Source: an uncultured Acidobacteriota bacterium (lineage in GTDB: Bacteria; Acidobacteriota; UBA6911). From it: a stretch of DNA of 64,000 nucleotides. The notes under the pieces were generated by a model, which saw nothing but the letters and a program-made list of their open reading frames with translations, ran no database searches and was not told the origin of the DNA. This document shows, one piece after another, positions 39,302 through 49,899 of this stretch. The stretch's first letter is position 1. The number at the start of each line of letters is the position of its first letter. Both the position numbers and the translations under genes were made by a program. The DNA is taken from positions 96,001-160,000 of the forward strand of contig CAWEJX010000004.1 of the NCBI GenBank assembly GCA_963809485.1, given 5' to 3'.

Positions 39302-42300
39302 ATGATAGAAAAAATCATTGACTGGTGCGCCCGGCAGAAGTTCGTGGTGCTGGTGTTCGCGGCTGCGGTCGTGGCAATTGGCATATGGAGTCTGCAAAAT
39401 CAGCCGGTTGACGCCATCCCCGACCTCTCGGATATACAGGTCATCGTTTACTCCCGTTGGGACCGGTCTCCGGATATCCTCGAGGACCAGGTGACCTATC
39501 CGATCACGACCGCCTTGCTCGGGGCGCCAAAAGTCAAAGCCATCCGCGGCTATTCGGATTTCGGCTTTTCCTATGTCTACATCATCTTCGAAGACGGCAC
39601 GGATATCTATTGGGCTCGAAGCCGCGTGCTCGAGTATCTAAGCAAGGTGATTCCCACGCTGCCGCCCGAGGTGAGGACCGAGATCGGGCCCGATGCAACC
39701 GGAGTTGGATGGGTGTACCAGTATGCGCTCGTGGATGAAAGCGGCACGCACAGTCTGGCCGACTTGAGGTCGTTTCAGGATTGGAATCTCCGCTATGCCC
39801 TGCAGTCGGTTCCCGGAGTGGCGGAGGTGGCGACCGTTGGCGGTTTTCAGAATCAGTACCAGGTCACGGTCGACCGTGAAAAACTGAATGCCTACAACAT
39901 CTCCGTCACGGAAGTGGCCAATGCTGTGCGCAACGCCAACGTTGAATCCGGAGGCCGGTTAATCGAGTTTTCCGGCCGGGAGTATATGGTTCGCGGCCGT
40001 GGTTACCTAAAATCCGAAGGCGACCTCGAACAGGTTGTTATAAAAACCGATAACCGGGGCACCCCGGTTCTGCTTCGTGATGTCGCCCGGATTGAGCGAG
40101 GCCCGGAGATCAGGCGCGGCGTGGCCGACCTGGATGGCAAGGGCGATGCCGTGGGCGGCATCATTGTCATGCGCCACAGTGAGAACGCCGACAAAGTCAT
40201 CAAACGGGTAAAGGCGAAGCTTGCGGAACTTGAGCCTTCCCTTCCAAAGGGTGTAAGGGTCATTAATACCTACGACCGCTCCGAGCTGATCGAAGCCTCG
40301 ATCGACACGCTGAAGCATGAGCTGATTGTGGAAATGATCATTGTCAGCGCTGTGATCCTGGTTTTCCTCTGGCACATCCCGTCGGCGCTGATCCCGATTG
40401 TGACCATCCCGGTTGCCGTGCTTCTCTCATTCATTCCCATGCGCATGATGGGGCTCAACTCCAACATCATGTCGCTGGCCGGGATTGCCATTTCTATTGG
40501 CGTTTTGGTCGACGGAGCAATTGTCGAGGTCGAAAATGCCTATAAGAAACTGGAGCTTTGGACGGAGGGCGGGCGCCAGGGTGATTTTCACGAAGTCCGG
40601 CTCCAGGCTCTCAAAGAAGTGGGTCCCTCGGTTTTTTTCTCGCTTCTGGTCATCGCCATAGCCTTCCTTCCGATTTTCACGCTGGTTGACCAGGAAGGCC
40701 GACTCTTCAAGCCGCTCGCCTTCACCAAAAATTTCGCTATGGCCATCGCAGCTATCCTTGCCATCACGCTCGATCCGGCGATGCGCATGCTTTTTGCCAG
40801 GATGGATTATTTTCAATTCCGGCCAAAACCGTTGGCCTGGATTACGAACCAGTTGCTCGTGGGAAAATATTATAAGGAGGAGAAGCATCCTATCAGCCGC
40901 ATCCTCTTCCGGATTTACGAGCCCCCTGCACGATGGGTTCTTCGCCATCCCAAAACAACTATTGCGATTGCGCTGGTTCTCGTCTCGACCACGGTTCCAA
41001 TCTATTTCCGGTTAGGCAGTGAGTTTATGCCTCCGCTGAACGAAGGCACGATTCTTTACATGCCGACAACTCTTCCTGGAATCTCAGTCGCCGAAGCCCA
41101 GCGCGTATTGCAGCTCCAGGACCAGCTGATCAAGAGCATTCCCGAAGTGGAAAGGGTTTTTGGAAAGGCCGGGCGCGCAGAAACCTCCACCGATCCGGCG
41201 CCGTTCTCGATGATGGAAACGACGATCCTCCTGAAACCCAAAGCAGAGTGGCGGCATAGAATGCAGTGGTACTCGAGGTGGTCTCCCGAATGGCTAAAGA
41301 ATTTGGTTTTCAGGCGAATCTGGCCGGACCGGATTACGTGGGATGAATTGATCGATGAAATGGATGCAACGGTCCGGATTCCGGGCATTACCAATGCCTG
41401 GACCATGCCGATCCGGGCCCGCATCGATATGTTGACAACGGGCGTAAGGACCCCGATCGGCATCAAGATCTTTGGCCCCGACCTGAAAGAGATAGAGAAG
41501 ATCGGCGCCCATCTTGAGGCAATTATGAAGGATGTTCCGGGTACACGCTCTGTTTATGCCGAGCGGGTAGCCGGTGGTTACTTCGTCGATTTTGACCTGA
41601 AGCGCAGCGAATTGGCCCGGTATGGCTTGTCGGTGGCCGACGCTCAAAACGTGATCACGTCGGCCATCGGCGGTGAAAACGTGACAACAACCATCGAAGG
41701 GCGCGCAAGATATCCGGTCAACGTGCGCTATCCCAGAGAATTGAGGGACAACTTTGAGCGTTTGAGCCAGGTTCTGGTGTCGACTCCTTCCGGAGCTCAA
41801 ATACCAATCTCGCAGATCGCCGATATCAAGCGCGTAAGTGGGCCGTCCATGATTCGCAACGAGAACGGCATGCTCGCCGGTTACGTTTTCGTGGACCTTG
41901 CCTCAAAGGACATTGGCGGATACGTCGAATATGCGAAGAAAGTCGTTCGGGAAAAGCTTTCGCTTCCTGCCGGTTATTCTCTGGTCTGGAGCGGCCAGTA
42001 TGAAAACATGCTCCGGGTCAGAGAACGTCTCAAGATCGTTGTTCCCATCACGCTGTTTCTCATCTTCACCCTTCTGTATATGAACACCAAGTCGGTCGTG
42101 AAGGCCTCCATCGTCATGCTCGCCGTACCATTTTCCCTGATCGGCGCTGTCTGGATAATGTGGATCCTCAACTACAACATATCGATTGCCGCCTGGGTCG
42201 GCATGATTGCGCTGATGGGGCTCGATGCCGAGACGGGCGTTTTTATGCTTCTGTTCCTGGATCTGTCCTATGAGGATGCGAAGCGAAAAGGGCAGCTGAG

Positions 42301-42583
42301 AAGCAACGCGGAACTGATTGAGGCAATCATCCATGGCGCCGTCAAACGGGTTCGTCCGAAAATGATGACTGTGTCGGCCGCATTTATGGGTTTGATGCCC
42401 ATCATGTGGTCGGTCGGCGCCGGCTCGGACATGATGAAAAGGGTGGTCGCCCCCATGGTGGGCGGGCTGGCCACATCATTTGCGATGGAGTTGCTGGTCT
42501 ATCCGGCCATTTATTACCTCTGGAAATGGCATTCTGATGTGAAGCATCAGGCCCTCACTTCTCCGAGAGGAGCATTGCTATGA
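39302..42583 (+). CDS. cusA: CusA/CzcA heavy-metal RND efflux pump (Cu/Ag type)
   Basis: DAIPDLSDIQVIV; GPDATGVGWVYQY; EFMPPLNEG; DPAPFSMMET; RVRPKMMT. Confidence 0.95.
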   Translation: MIEKIIDWCARQKFVVLVFAAAVVAIGIWSLQNQPVDAIPDLSDIQVIVYSRWDRSPDILEDQVTYPITTALLGAPKVKAIRGYSDFGFSYVYIIFEDGTDIYWARSRVLEYLSKVIPTLPPEVRTEIGPDATGVGWVYQYALVDESGTHSLADLRSFQDWNLRYALQSVPGVAEVATVGGFQNQYQVTVDREKLNAYNISVTEVANAVRNANVESGGRLIEFSGREYMVRGRGYLKSEGDLEQVVIKTDNRGTPVLLRDVARIERGPEIRRGVADLDGKGDAVGGIIVMRHSENADKVIKRVKAKLAELEPSLPKGVRVINTYDRSELIEASIDTLKHELIVEMIIVSAVILVFLWHIPSALIPIVTIPVAVLLSFIPMRMMGLNSNIMSLAGIAISIGVLVDGAIVEVENAYKKLELWTEGGRQGDFHEVRLQALKEVGPSVFFSLLVIAIAFLPIFTLVDQEGRLFKPLAFTKNFAMAIAAILAITLDPAMRMLFARMDYFQFRPKPLAWITNQLLVGKYYKEEKHPISRILFRIYEPPARWVLRHPKTTIAIALVLVSTTVPIYFRLGSEFMPPLNEGTILYMPTTLPGISVAEAQRVLQLQDQLIKSIPEVERVFGKAGRAETSTDPAPFSMMETTILLKPKAEWRHRMQWYSRWSPEWLKNLVFRRIWPDRITWDELIDEMDATVRIPGITNAWTMPIRARIDMLTTGVRTPIGIKIFGPDLKEIEKIGAHLEAIMKDVPGTRSVYAERVAGGYFVDFDLKRSELARYGLSVADAQNVITSAIGGENVTTTIEGRARYPVNVRYPRELRDNFERLSQVLVSTPSGAQIPISQIADIKRVSGPSMIRNENGMLAGYVFVDLASKDIGGYVEYAKKVVREKLSLPAGYSLVWSGQYENMLRVRERLKIVVPITLFLIFTLLYMNTKSVVKASIVMLAVPFSLIGAVWIMWILNYNISIAAWVGMIALMGLDAETGVFMLLFLDLSYEDAKRKGQLRSNAELIEAIIHGAVKRVRPKMMTVSAAFMGLMPIMWSVGAGSDMMKRVVAPMVGGLATSFAMELLVYPAIYYLWKWHSDVKHQALTSPRGALL

Positions 42584-43269
42584 AACGATTGACGGTTACT
42601 CTGCTTGCCTGTTTCTTTCTCCTTGCAGGGAATGTATGGGGAGAAACTTTTCAGGTTGAACATGACCATTTCTGGCGCGGCTGCAAGGGGAAGCTGGTGT
42701 TCGGAGAAAGCACGGTCGAGTTTATCGCGGCGAAGAAGGAACACTCGCAGCTTTGGAAATACGAAGACATCCAGCAGGTGGCGATTGCTCCCGGCCGGAT
42801 CTTGATCCTCACCTATGACGCCAGGAAAATCGACCTCGGCGCCGATCATCTTTTCAACTTCAAGCTGCTGTCCGGAACGTTGAGCGATCAGTTTCGAAGG
42901 GAGATCGAAAAGAAGCTGTCTCGTCCCCTCGTTTCCGCCATTTTGCCCGAGCGGAATAAGCCGCGGTTTTCCATTCCCGCGCGCCACCGGCTGTTTCTGA
43001 ACGACTCTCAGGGCGTCCTGGAATTTGGGGAGGAATACGTGGTATATCGATCCCAGACTTCCAAGGATTCGCGCGTCTGGCGCTACGACGAGCTGATGGA
43101 TGTTGGCAGCACGGGCCCGTTCCAGCTCCGCATCGGAGCGCTCCAGAAAACGGGTGGAGAATACGGAGAGGAAAAAAACTACGTCTTTGACCTTAAGCGG
43201 CGGATTACACCGTCGGAATATGATTTTATCTGGGAAAAAATCAACCGGCGCCTGATCAGCGGAAAGTGA
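42580..43269 (+). CDS. secreted hypothetical protein with two internal repeats
   Basis: overlaps the cusA stop; signal peptide; H..F...G.L.FGE..V....W.Y..I/L pattern twice. Confidence 0.7.
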   Translation: MKRLTVTLLACFFLLAGNVWGETFQVEHDHFWRGCKGKLVFGESTVEFIAAKKEHSQLWKYEDIQQVAIAPGRILILTYDARKIDLGADHLFNFKLLSGTLSDQFRREIEKKLSRPLVSAILPERNKPRFSIPARHRLFLNDSQGVLEFGEEYVVYRSQTSKDSRVWRYDELMDVGSTGPFQLRIGALQKTGGEYGEEKNYVFDLKRRITPSEYDFIWEKINRRLISGK

Positions 43270-43440
43270 ATCGCAGCAACCTCCTGCTTGACAATTTCAC
43301 TGAGACGGCAGGTCCCGGATTCAAAGTTGCGGCTTGACCCCAAAAAGCCCGGAACCTGAACCTGAGACCCGGGGCTTTGGCTAAAAAGAGCGACAGCATG
43401 AACCACCGGGTTTATTATTAACAGTTGAGGGATTGGAAAT

Positions 43441-44898
43441 ATGACAGCCCCTACAATACTTATTGCCGACGACGACTCCAGCTTTCGCCGGGTTCTGGAA
43501 TACCAGCTGAAGCAGGCCGGTTATGTCGTCCTGAAAGCCGAAGATGGGAGGAAAGCCCTCGAGATTTTTTCACAAAATCGCTGTCATGCGGTATTGACGG
43601 ACCTGGACATGCCTGAGCTTTCGGGGAATGAACTTCTGAAGGCTATCAAGCAGCAATCTCCCGACACCCCGGTCATTGTCATTACGGCCTATGGCACGAT
43701 CGATTCTGCCGTGGATGCCATGAAGGCCGGGGCATTCCATTATGTGACAAAGCCCGTAAACCGGGACGCGCTGCTCCACACGCTGGATCAAGCTCTTAAA
43801 TTCGCCGGATTGATAACGGAAAACCGCAATTTGCGCGAAGCAGTGTCCACGGCATTCAGATTTGAGGGGGTCGTGGGCCATACGAAAGCCATGCAGCGCG
43901 TTATCGATCAGGCGACACGGCTTGCGCATGTGGACACCACGGTTCTGATCGAGGGCGAAAGCGGGACGGGCAAGGAAATTCTGGCCAAGGCGATTCACTT
44001 CAACAGCGCGCGTAAAGGGATGCTGTTCCTCGTAATCAACTGCAGCGCAATTCCGGATACGCTATTCGAATCCGAGCTTTTCGGATATCGCAAGGGAGCT
44101 TTTACAGGCGCCATCGCGAACAAGCCGGGCAAATTCGAGGCGGCGGACGGGGGCACGGTCTTTCTGGATGAAATCGGCGAGCTTCCTGCGCAGCTTCAGG
44201 CTAAGGTCCTGAGGGTCGTGCAGGAGAATGAGATCGACGTAATCGGTGAAACCAGGCCCCGCAAGATTGATGTTCGAATTATTGCGGCCACAAACCGGGA
44301 TCTCCGGCAGATGAGCGCAGAGGGTCAATTCCGGCAGGATTTGTATTACAGGTTGAGCGTAGCCACTCTGCAGGTCCCGCCGCTGCGCAATCGCAGGGAG
44401 GATATCCCTCTCCTGGTACGCTCGTTTTCGGAAAGCATAAGCAGGCACCTGGGAAAACATCCGGTTACCATCGGTAACGACATCCTGCGCAGGCTGGAAA
44501 TGCACTCCTGGCCCGGGAATGTCCGGGAACTGGAGAATGCGGTTGAAAGATTGATCGTGTTTTCCCAAGAGAGCGTCGCCCGTTTGGAGGATCTGCCGGA
44601 TGAAATACTCCGGCCCCGCCTGACCGTCGGAAAAGCCTTGCTCAGTGTTCCGCCGGAAGGGGTCTCGATGGCAGAACTTGAAAAAGAGCTGGTGATTACG
44701 GCTCTCGAGCGGACTTCCTGGAATCAGACCCGGGCAGCCGATTTCCTGCATATCTCCCGGAACGTGCTCATTTATCGGATGCAGAGGTATCGCCTCGGAC
44801 CCTACAAGGACCTGCCTTCAGATGCGGCAACACTCCCGCCCGAGGAAGAGGGCAATGACGCCGCAGCCAAGGAACCCATACAAACGGAACGACAATGA
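43441..44898 (+). CDS. sigma54-dependent NtrC-family response regulator
   Basis: REC domain, [31 protein letters not shown], Fis-type HTH. Confidence 0.95.
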   Translation: MTAPTILIADDDSSFRRVLEYQLKQAGYVVLKAEDGRKALEIFSQNRCHAVLTDLDMPELSGNELLKAIKQQSPDTPVIVITAYGTIDSAVDAMKAGAFHYVTKPVNRDALLHTLDQALKFAGLITENRNLREAVSTAFRFEGVVGHTKAMQRVIDQATRLAHVDTTVLIEGESGTGKEILAKAIHFNSARKGMLFLVINCSAIPDTLFESELFGYRKGAFTGAIANKPGKFEAADGGTVFLDEIGELPAQLQAKVLRVVQENEIDVIGETRPRKIDVRIIAATNRDLRQMSAEGQFRQDLYYRLSVATLQVPPLRNRREDIPLLVRSFSESISRHLGKHPVTIGNDILRRLEMHSWPGNVRELENAVERLIVFSQESVARLEDLPDEILRPRLTVGKALLSVPPEGVSMAELEKELVITALERTSWNQTRAADFLHISRNVLIYRMQRYRLGPYKDLPSDAATLPPEEEGNDAAAKEPIQTERQ

Positions 44899-46016
44899 AT
44901 CCCGACGCACCGAAAAACCCGGCGCACGTGAATCTGAAGGCCGGGATTGTTGCTGCTTTCGTTTTGATAATCACCGTTCTGCATTTCTCAACCAGCACCG
45001 AACACCTGTATCTTCATCAGATTTATCAACGAAGCTATTACATACCGATCGTGCTGGCCAGTTTCTGGTTCCAGATACGGGGAGGCTTGGCTACAGCGGC
45101 TGTTTTAAGTTCGCTGTACGTCATTCACATCTGGCGTGATTGGTCGCACCATCCCGACTATTCGTTTCAGCAGTACGCCGAGATTGCCATGTATCTGCTC
45201 ATAGCCGTGCTGCTGGGATATCTGTCGCAGGTTCAACGCAAGACTCGGGAGCAGCTGGAACAGGCAGGGTCTCAACTAAAAGCAGCCTACCAAAAACTCA
45301 GTGAGACCTACGATCAGTTGCGGCACTCAGAACGTCTGGCGTCATTGGGTCAGCTATCCGCCGGCATTGCTCATGAGATTCGAAATCCGTTGGGTTCCAT
45401 ACAGGGAGCCGTTGAGATTCTCGCGCAGGATCTACCGGCGGAGGATCCAAAATCCGAATTTGCCCAAATCGCCAGGAAGGAAGTATCCAGGCTCGAAAAA
45501 CTGACGAGTGAAATACTGCAGTTTTCAAAACCAGCTCCACCCAGGCAACTGCCGACCGAATGGCGGGAAATTGCAGATGCCGCCAGAAGGCTGTGTGCCG
45601 ATCGGGCTGTACGAAAGGGGATTGAGATTGTCGATCAGGTCGGTTCCTCCGGCAGACCGATTTTTGTGGACCCCGAACAGGTGAAACAAGTGCTGATTAA
45701 TATCCTGATAAACGCTATACAGGCTTTGCCCGAAGGAGGGAGCCTTGCAATTCGGGATTATCAGGAGAAAAACGAATCGATTTTGTCCATCCGGGATAGC
45801 GGTCCGGGAATCGATCCTGCACAGCTGGACCACATTTTTGATCCATTCTTCACAACCAAGCGTGAAGGCACCGGTCTGGGACTATCGATTTCGTTTCAGC
45901 TTGTGAAAAACAACGGAGGCCGGATCTGGGTGACCTCCGAACCTGGGAAGGGCGCGTGTTTTCATGTAGGTTTTCCCGTTCATCCAACCACTGCAAAACC
46001 TTTAAATGAAAACTGA
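44895..46016 (+). CDS. membrane sensor histidine kinase
   Basis: His-rich TM sensor (HFSTSTEHLYLHQ); AHEIRNPL; N, G1, F and G2 boxes. Confidence 0.92.
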   Translation: MNPDAPKNPAHVNLKAGIVAAFVLIITVLHFSTSTEHLYLHQIYQRSYYIPIVLASFWFQIRGGLATAAVLSSLYVIHIWRDWSHHPDYSFQQYAEIAMYLLIAVLLGYLSQVQRKTREQLEQAGSQLKAAYQKLSETYDQLRHSERLASLGQLSAGIAHEIRNPLGSIQGAVEILAQDLPAEDPKSEFAQIARKEVSRLEKLTSEILQFSKPAPPRQLPTEWREIADAARRLCADRAVRKGIEIVDQVGSSGRPIFVDPEQVKQVLINILINAIQALPEGGSLAIRDYQEKNESILSIRDSGPGIDPAQLDHIFDPFFTTKREGTGLGLSISFQLVKNNGGRIWVTSEPGKGACFHVGFPVHPTTAKPLNEN

Positions 46017-46020
46017 TCGT

Positions 46021-47181
46021 CTAACCCGCGGCAATTTCGTTCAACGCCGTTGCCGCCTGACGGACATCCTCCTTTGTTGAGAGAATTCCGACGCTGAACC
46101 GCACCACACCTTGAGGAAATGATCCAAGGTGTTTGTGCGCGTAGGGAGCGCAGTGCAATCCGGCGCGGACCGCTATTCCATACCGTTCATCCAGTATCGC
46201 CGCGAGTTCCGTAGGCTCGAATTCCGAAAAATTGATTCCCACAAGGCCGATCCGTCCTTCCCCCCGGCGTTCGGCAATAGCCCTGTCAGCGCCGTACCAG
46301 TTAAACAATTCAGGGGCTTTGAAGGCGCGGTAAAATTCGGCGATCAGGGCTCTTTCGTGAGCCAGGATACTTTGTACCCCACGGTCCAGCAGAAGCTTTA
46401 CGCCCTCCCGCAGGCCGGCAATTCCAAAAACATTGGGAGTCCCTCCTTCGAGGCGATGAGGCAACTCTGATGGTTGAACCGGCGACGATGAGTCTCCCCC
46501 GGTCCCTCCCTCGCGCCACGGAGACACCTCAACACGTTCTCCGACCAGTAGTCCGCCGGTCCCCGTGGGGCCGAGCAGCGCCTTGTGCCCTGTAAATGCC
46601 AGCAGATCGATGCAATCACTATCGAAATCAATCGGCACCACACCTGCGCTCTGCGACGTATCGACAAGGAAGACCGAGTTGCGTTCGCGCACAATCCTGC
46701 CTATCGTGCCGATAGCCTGGATTGTGCCGGTCACATTCGAGGCATGGGTCAGGGCAACCAGGCGTGTGGATGGCTTGAAAGCTTTTGCCACCTCATCAGG
46801 ATCGATGACGTGATCGCTGCCGGCCTGCAATCGAGTCAGCGTAATGACGCCATGCCGCTCCATCTGATTCAGCGGGCGTGAAACCGAATTGTGCTCCAAT
46901 ACGGAAGTAATCGCGTGATCTCCCGAACGGAGCACCCCCTTGATCGCCATGTTGAGCGCGTCGGTTGCATTCAACGTAAAAACCACGCGCTCCGGGCGCC
47001 TGAATCCCATAAGACGGGCAATCAACCTCCTGGTCTCATCCACCATCGCCTCCGCCTCAACGGCCAGGCGGTGGCCGCTGCGTCCCGGATTGGCTGCAGC
47101 CGACCGGATGAAGGCATCCATGCCTCGATAGACCTGCTCCGGTTTGGGAAACGATGTCGCTGCATTATCCAGGTAAATCAT
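46021..47181 (-). CDS. cysteine desulfurase/selenocysteine lyase-family class V aminotransferase
   Basis: MIYLDNAATSFPKP; FTGHK PLP-lysine; RAGLHCAP. Confidence 0.9.
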   Translation of the reverse strand: MIYLDNAATSFPKPEQVYRGMDAFIRSAAANPGRSGHRLAVEAEAMVDETRRLIARLMGFRRPERVVFTLNATDALNMAIKGVLRSGDHAITSVLEHNSVSRPLNQMERHGVITLTRLQAGSDHVIDPDEVAKAFKPSTRLVALTHASNVTGTIQAIGTIGRIVRERNSVFLVDTSQSAGVVPIDFDSDCIDLLAFTGHKALLGPTGTGGLLVGERVEVSPWREGGTGGDSSSPVQPSELPHRLEGGTPNVFGIAGLREGVKLLLDRGVQSILAHERALIAEFYRAFKAPELFNWYGADRAIAERRGEGRIGLVGINFSEFEPTELAAILDERYGIAVRAGLHCAPYAHKHLGSFPQGVVRFSVGILSTKEDVRQAATALNEIAAG

Positions 47182-47198
47182 ACTGTGCCTCCCGAGCC

Positions 47199-48245
47199 TC
47201 AGTTGCCGACATAACGAGCATAGAGGGATTTGGCAACCGCTACATCGTATGTGCCGTTGATAATGGCCCGTCCGTCAGGAAAAACGGTCAACTGATAGCC
47301 GTCAATGGTTGCTTTCAGTAGAAACCGGTTGCGTTTCAGATGGGCGAGCGGGCCGAGTCTTTGGGCCAACTCTTCCAGGTCGATCCGGGTGTCTTCACGC
47401 CGTCTGATTTGCACCGAGTTACGACCGCAGAGTGTCGTCACATCGGCGCCCAATCGTCCATCAAGATAGGCAAAATCCTTAAGCCCGCAGCACGGACAAT
47501 CGCGTTTCCGGTGAGGAGCGCCGATCGCTTCGTGGCGGTTGTCCCAAAGATCTGTGGATATTATTTTGCGGTTTACGGCTTCCCTTCTGCCTGCCAGAAT
47601 TTTAAGCGCTTCTGCCACCTGAGTCGCAGCAATGACTGAAACGATCGGGCCGATCACGCCGGCAGTGTCGCAGGAGGGCGATACGCCGGGCGGGGACGCA
47701 TCCTCGAACACGCAACGCAGGCAGGGGGTTTCTCCCGGCAGCACTGGAAATGTCAGCCCATAGGATCCCACACACGCCCCATAGATCCAGGGGACATTAT
47801 TTTTTACCGCATAGTCGTTGATCAGAAAGCGCGCCTCAAAATTATCGGTGGCGTCCATAATCAGGTCAAAGCCGCCAAGAAGATGGTCTGCGGACGCGGC
47901 ATTCAGGTCCTCAACCAGCCCTTCAACCTTGATCAGCGAATTTGCGCAGCAAAGCTTTCTCTCGGCTGCTATGGCTTTGGGCATAACAGCCTTGACGTCT
48001 TCCTCGTCGAACAGTATCTGCCGCTGCAGGTTGCTCTCCTCTACAAAATCCCGGTCGACAATGCGCAACGTGCCGACACCTGCACGCGCAAGCAGCGAAG
48101 CCTGCACCGTGCCAAGGGCTCCGCAGCCGACAATGACGACGCGCGAGGCGATGATTCGCGCTTGCCCCTCCTGACCGATTCCCTGGAATAGAACCTGCCT
48201 TGAATAGCGCGAATGCACCGGGGTAATAGTGCCTGATGTCGTCAT
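47199..48245 (-). CDS. ThiF/MoeB-family adenylyltransferase
   Basis: RYSRQ; GCGALG; DRDFVEESNLQRQ; CLRC...SCDTAG...CPCC. Confidence 0.9.
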   Translation of the reverse strand: MTTSGTITPVHSRYSRQVLFQGIGQEGQARIIASRVVIVGCGALGTVQASLLARAGVGTLRIVDRDFVEESNLQRQILFDEEDVKAVMPKAIAAERKLCCANSLIKVEGLVEDLNAASADHLLGGFDLIMDATDNFEARFLINDYAVKNNVPWIYGACVGSYGLTFPVLPGETPCLRCVFEDASPPGVSPSCDTAGVIGPIVSVIAATQVAEALKILAGRREAVNRKIISTDLWDNRHEAIGAPHRKRDCPCCGLKDFAYLDGRLGADVTTLCGRNSVQIRRREDTRIDLEELAQRLGPLAHLKRNRFLLKATIDGYQLTVFPDGRAIINGTYDVAVAKSLYARYVGN

Positions 48246-48325
48246 GGATACCTCCCGGGGCCAATGATTCCTCCATCAGCCCAGCAGCCACGATAGCCGT
48301 AACCGGCCGGCATCATGGCCAATCT

Positions 48326-49295
48326 TCATACAGGTATGTTTTGAAACAGTATTGACGAATGATACCTATCCGCGGAATCGGGCAGTATCACGACTATGAG
48401 TTTTCCCTCGTTTTCCGGCCGTGCGGCAACTTTCACGGCAGCTGCCGTCGCCGCTCCGGAAGAGATGCCCGCCGTGATGCCCTCTTCTTTGTGGAGGCGA
48501 TGGGTCATTTCAATCGCCTCGTCGCTGGTCACTCTCTGCACCTCATCCACGATGCTGAGATCAAGGACCTCCGGCTTGAAGCCGGCGCCTATGCCCTGGA
48601 TCTTGTGCGGACCTGGTTTTGGAGGTTCGCCATGGATGACAGCGGTCAGCACAGCTGATTCGGAGGGCTCAACTGCGACGCTCCACAGGGATTTGTGCAT
48701 TGCCCGCTCAATATACCGGCTCACACCCGTGATGGTTCCTCCGGTTCCTACTCCCGCAACCAGAATGTCGATCCCGCCGTCTGTATCATTCCAGATCTCC
48801 GGCCCCGTGGTCTGATAGTGGATTTCCGGGTTGGCCGGATTTTTAAACTGCTGCGGCATCCAGTACTTCTTCGGGTCCGAAGCAACAATTTCTTCGGCCC
48901 TGGCAATGGCACCCGACATCCCCTTGGCGCCCTCAGTCAGGATTACGTCCGCCCCGAACGCCTTCAGCATTCGCCTTCTTTCGAGCGACATGGTTTCCGG
49001 CATCGTCAGCACCAGCGGATAGCCCCGGGACGCTGCGACGAATGCCAGGGCTATGCCCGTATTGCCGCTTGTGGGTTCGACAATGGTTACGTCGCTGGAC
49101 CCAGGCTTCAGGATTCCGTCACGTTCCGCCGCCCAGATCATGGATGCCCCAATCCGGCATTTGACCGAATAGGATGGATTGCGGCCTTCAATTTTTGCCA
49201 CCACAACGGCGGGCAAGCCGGCGGTGATACGGTTCAGTTTGACAAGCGGGCGTATTACCGATGGAAAGCGAGTTGTCGTCATATATTTTTGCCAT
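48326..49295 (-). CDS. cysK: cysteine synthase A (+1 frameshift at 49248-49250)
   Basis: true start [15 protein letters not shown] after GGAG is one base out of frame with PLVKLNR...SVKCRIG...PTSGNTG...HKIQGIG. Confidence 0.9.
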
Positions 49296-49379
49296 ATTCT
49301 TCTCCTGATTCGCATTTCTCCCGAAATCGAAATCAACCTCCACGATCCGACGCTCAACCGAAAAGCGGGCCCCCCGTCT

Positions 49380-49827
49380 CTAGATCGAGTATGTCAGAGC
49401 CGTAGCTTTCTGCCTCCTGGCCTCATCATCGACCAGGTCCTGGAAACTGGTCCGGTCATACACATCCGAAACCGCTTTTGCCGCGCGCTTCCACATGTCG
49501 AGGAAAACACAGTTGCCGGAAAGAGTGCAGCTTCTAGCAGACATGCCGGTCATGCATTCAACCGGGACCAGAGGGCCCTCGACGAATTGCACAATCTCTC
49601 CAACCGATAATTGCGCGGGGTTGCCGGGCCAGAAAATATCCTCCCTCCGCTCCGCGCCGCGACTGGACGAATCCTGCCTGCCTTAGCTGGCCCAGGATGA
49701 CTTCGAGGAAGCGCAAAGGGATCGCCTGAGTGTCTGCAATATCACCGATCCTGATCGGGCCCTCGCCGTGCCTCCGGGCCAGTTCAAACACCGCTCGAAT
49801 TGCATACTGGCATTTCTGGGAAACCAT
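49380..49827 (-). CDS. Rrf2-family regulator (CymR/IscR-like; +1 frameshift at 49617-49620)
   Basis: [10 protein letters not shown]...[10 protein letters not shown]...[11 protein letters not shown] continues as [13 protein letters not shown]...C...C...C in the adjacent frame. Confidence 0.85.
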
Positions 49828-49899
49828 TTTACTCCGCGATGCGCTAATCGAGTGGCGCCTTGGATCACGCTATTCATGCCCGGGTCCCTGTGCATCAGT

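Noticed and set aside
3891-39305. Recurrent short ORFs such as MFGEGRRAK... and MNADLRGQKPMRRF... (3891, 3902, 10627, 10655, 38965, 38976)
   Set aside because: They lie inside the repeated MITE, differ in frame and end between copies, and have no transposase motifs
49248-49620. Programmed frameshifting controlling cysK and rrf2
   Set aside because: No slippery heptamer or stimulatory structure; the same +1 pattern hits unrelated genes, which favours sequencing error
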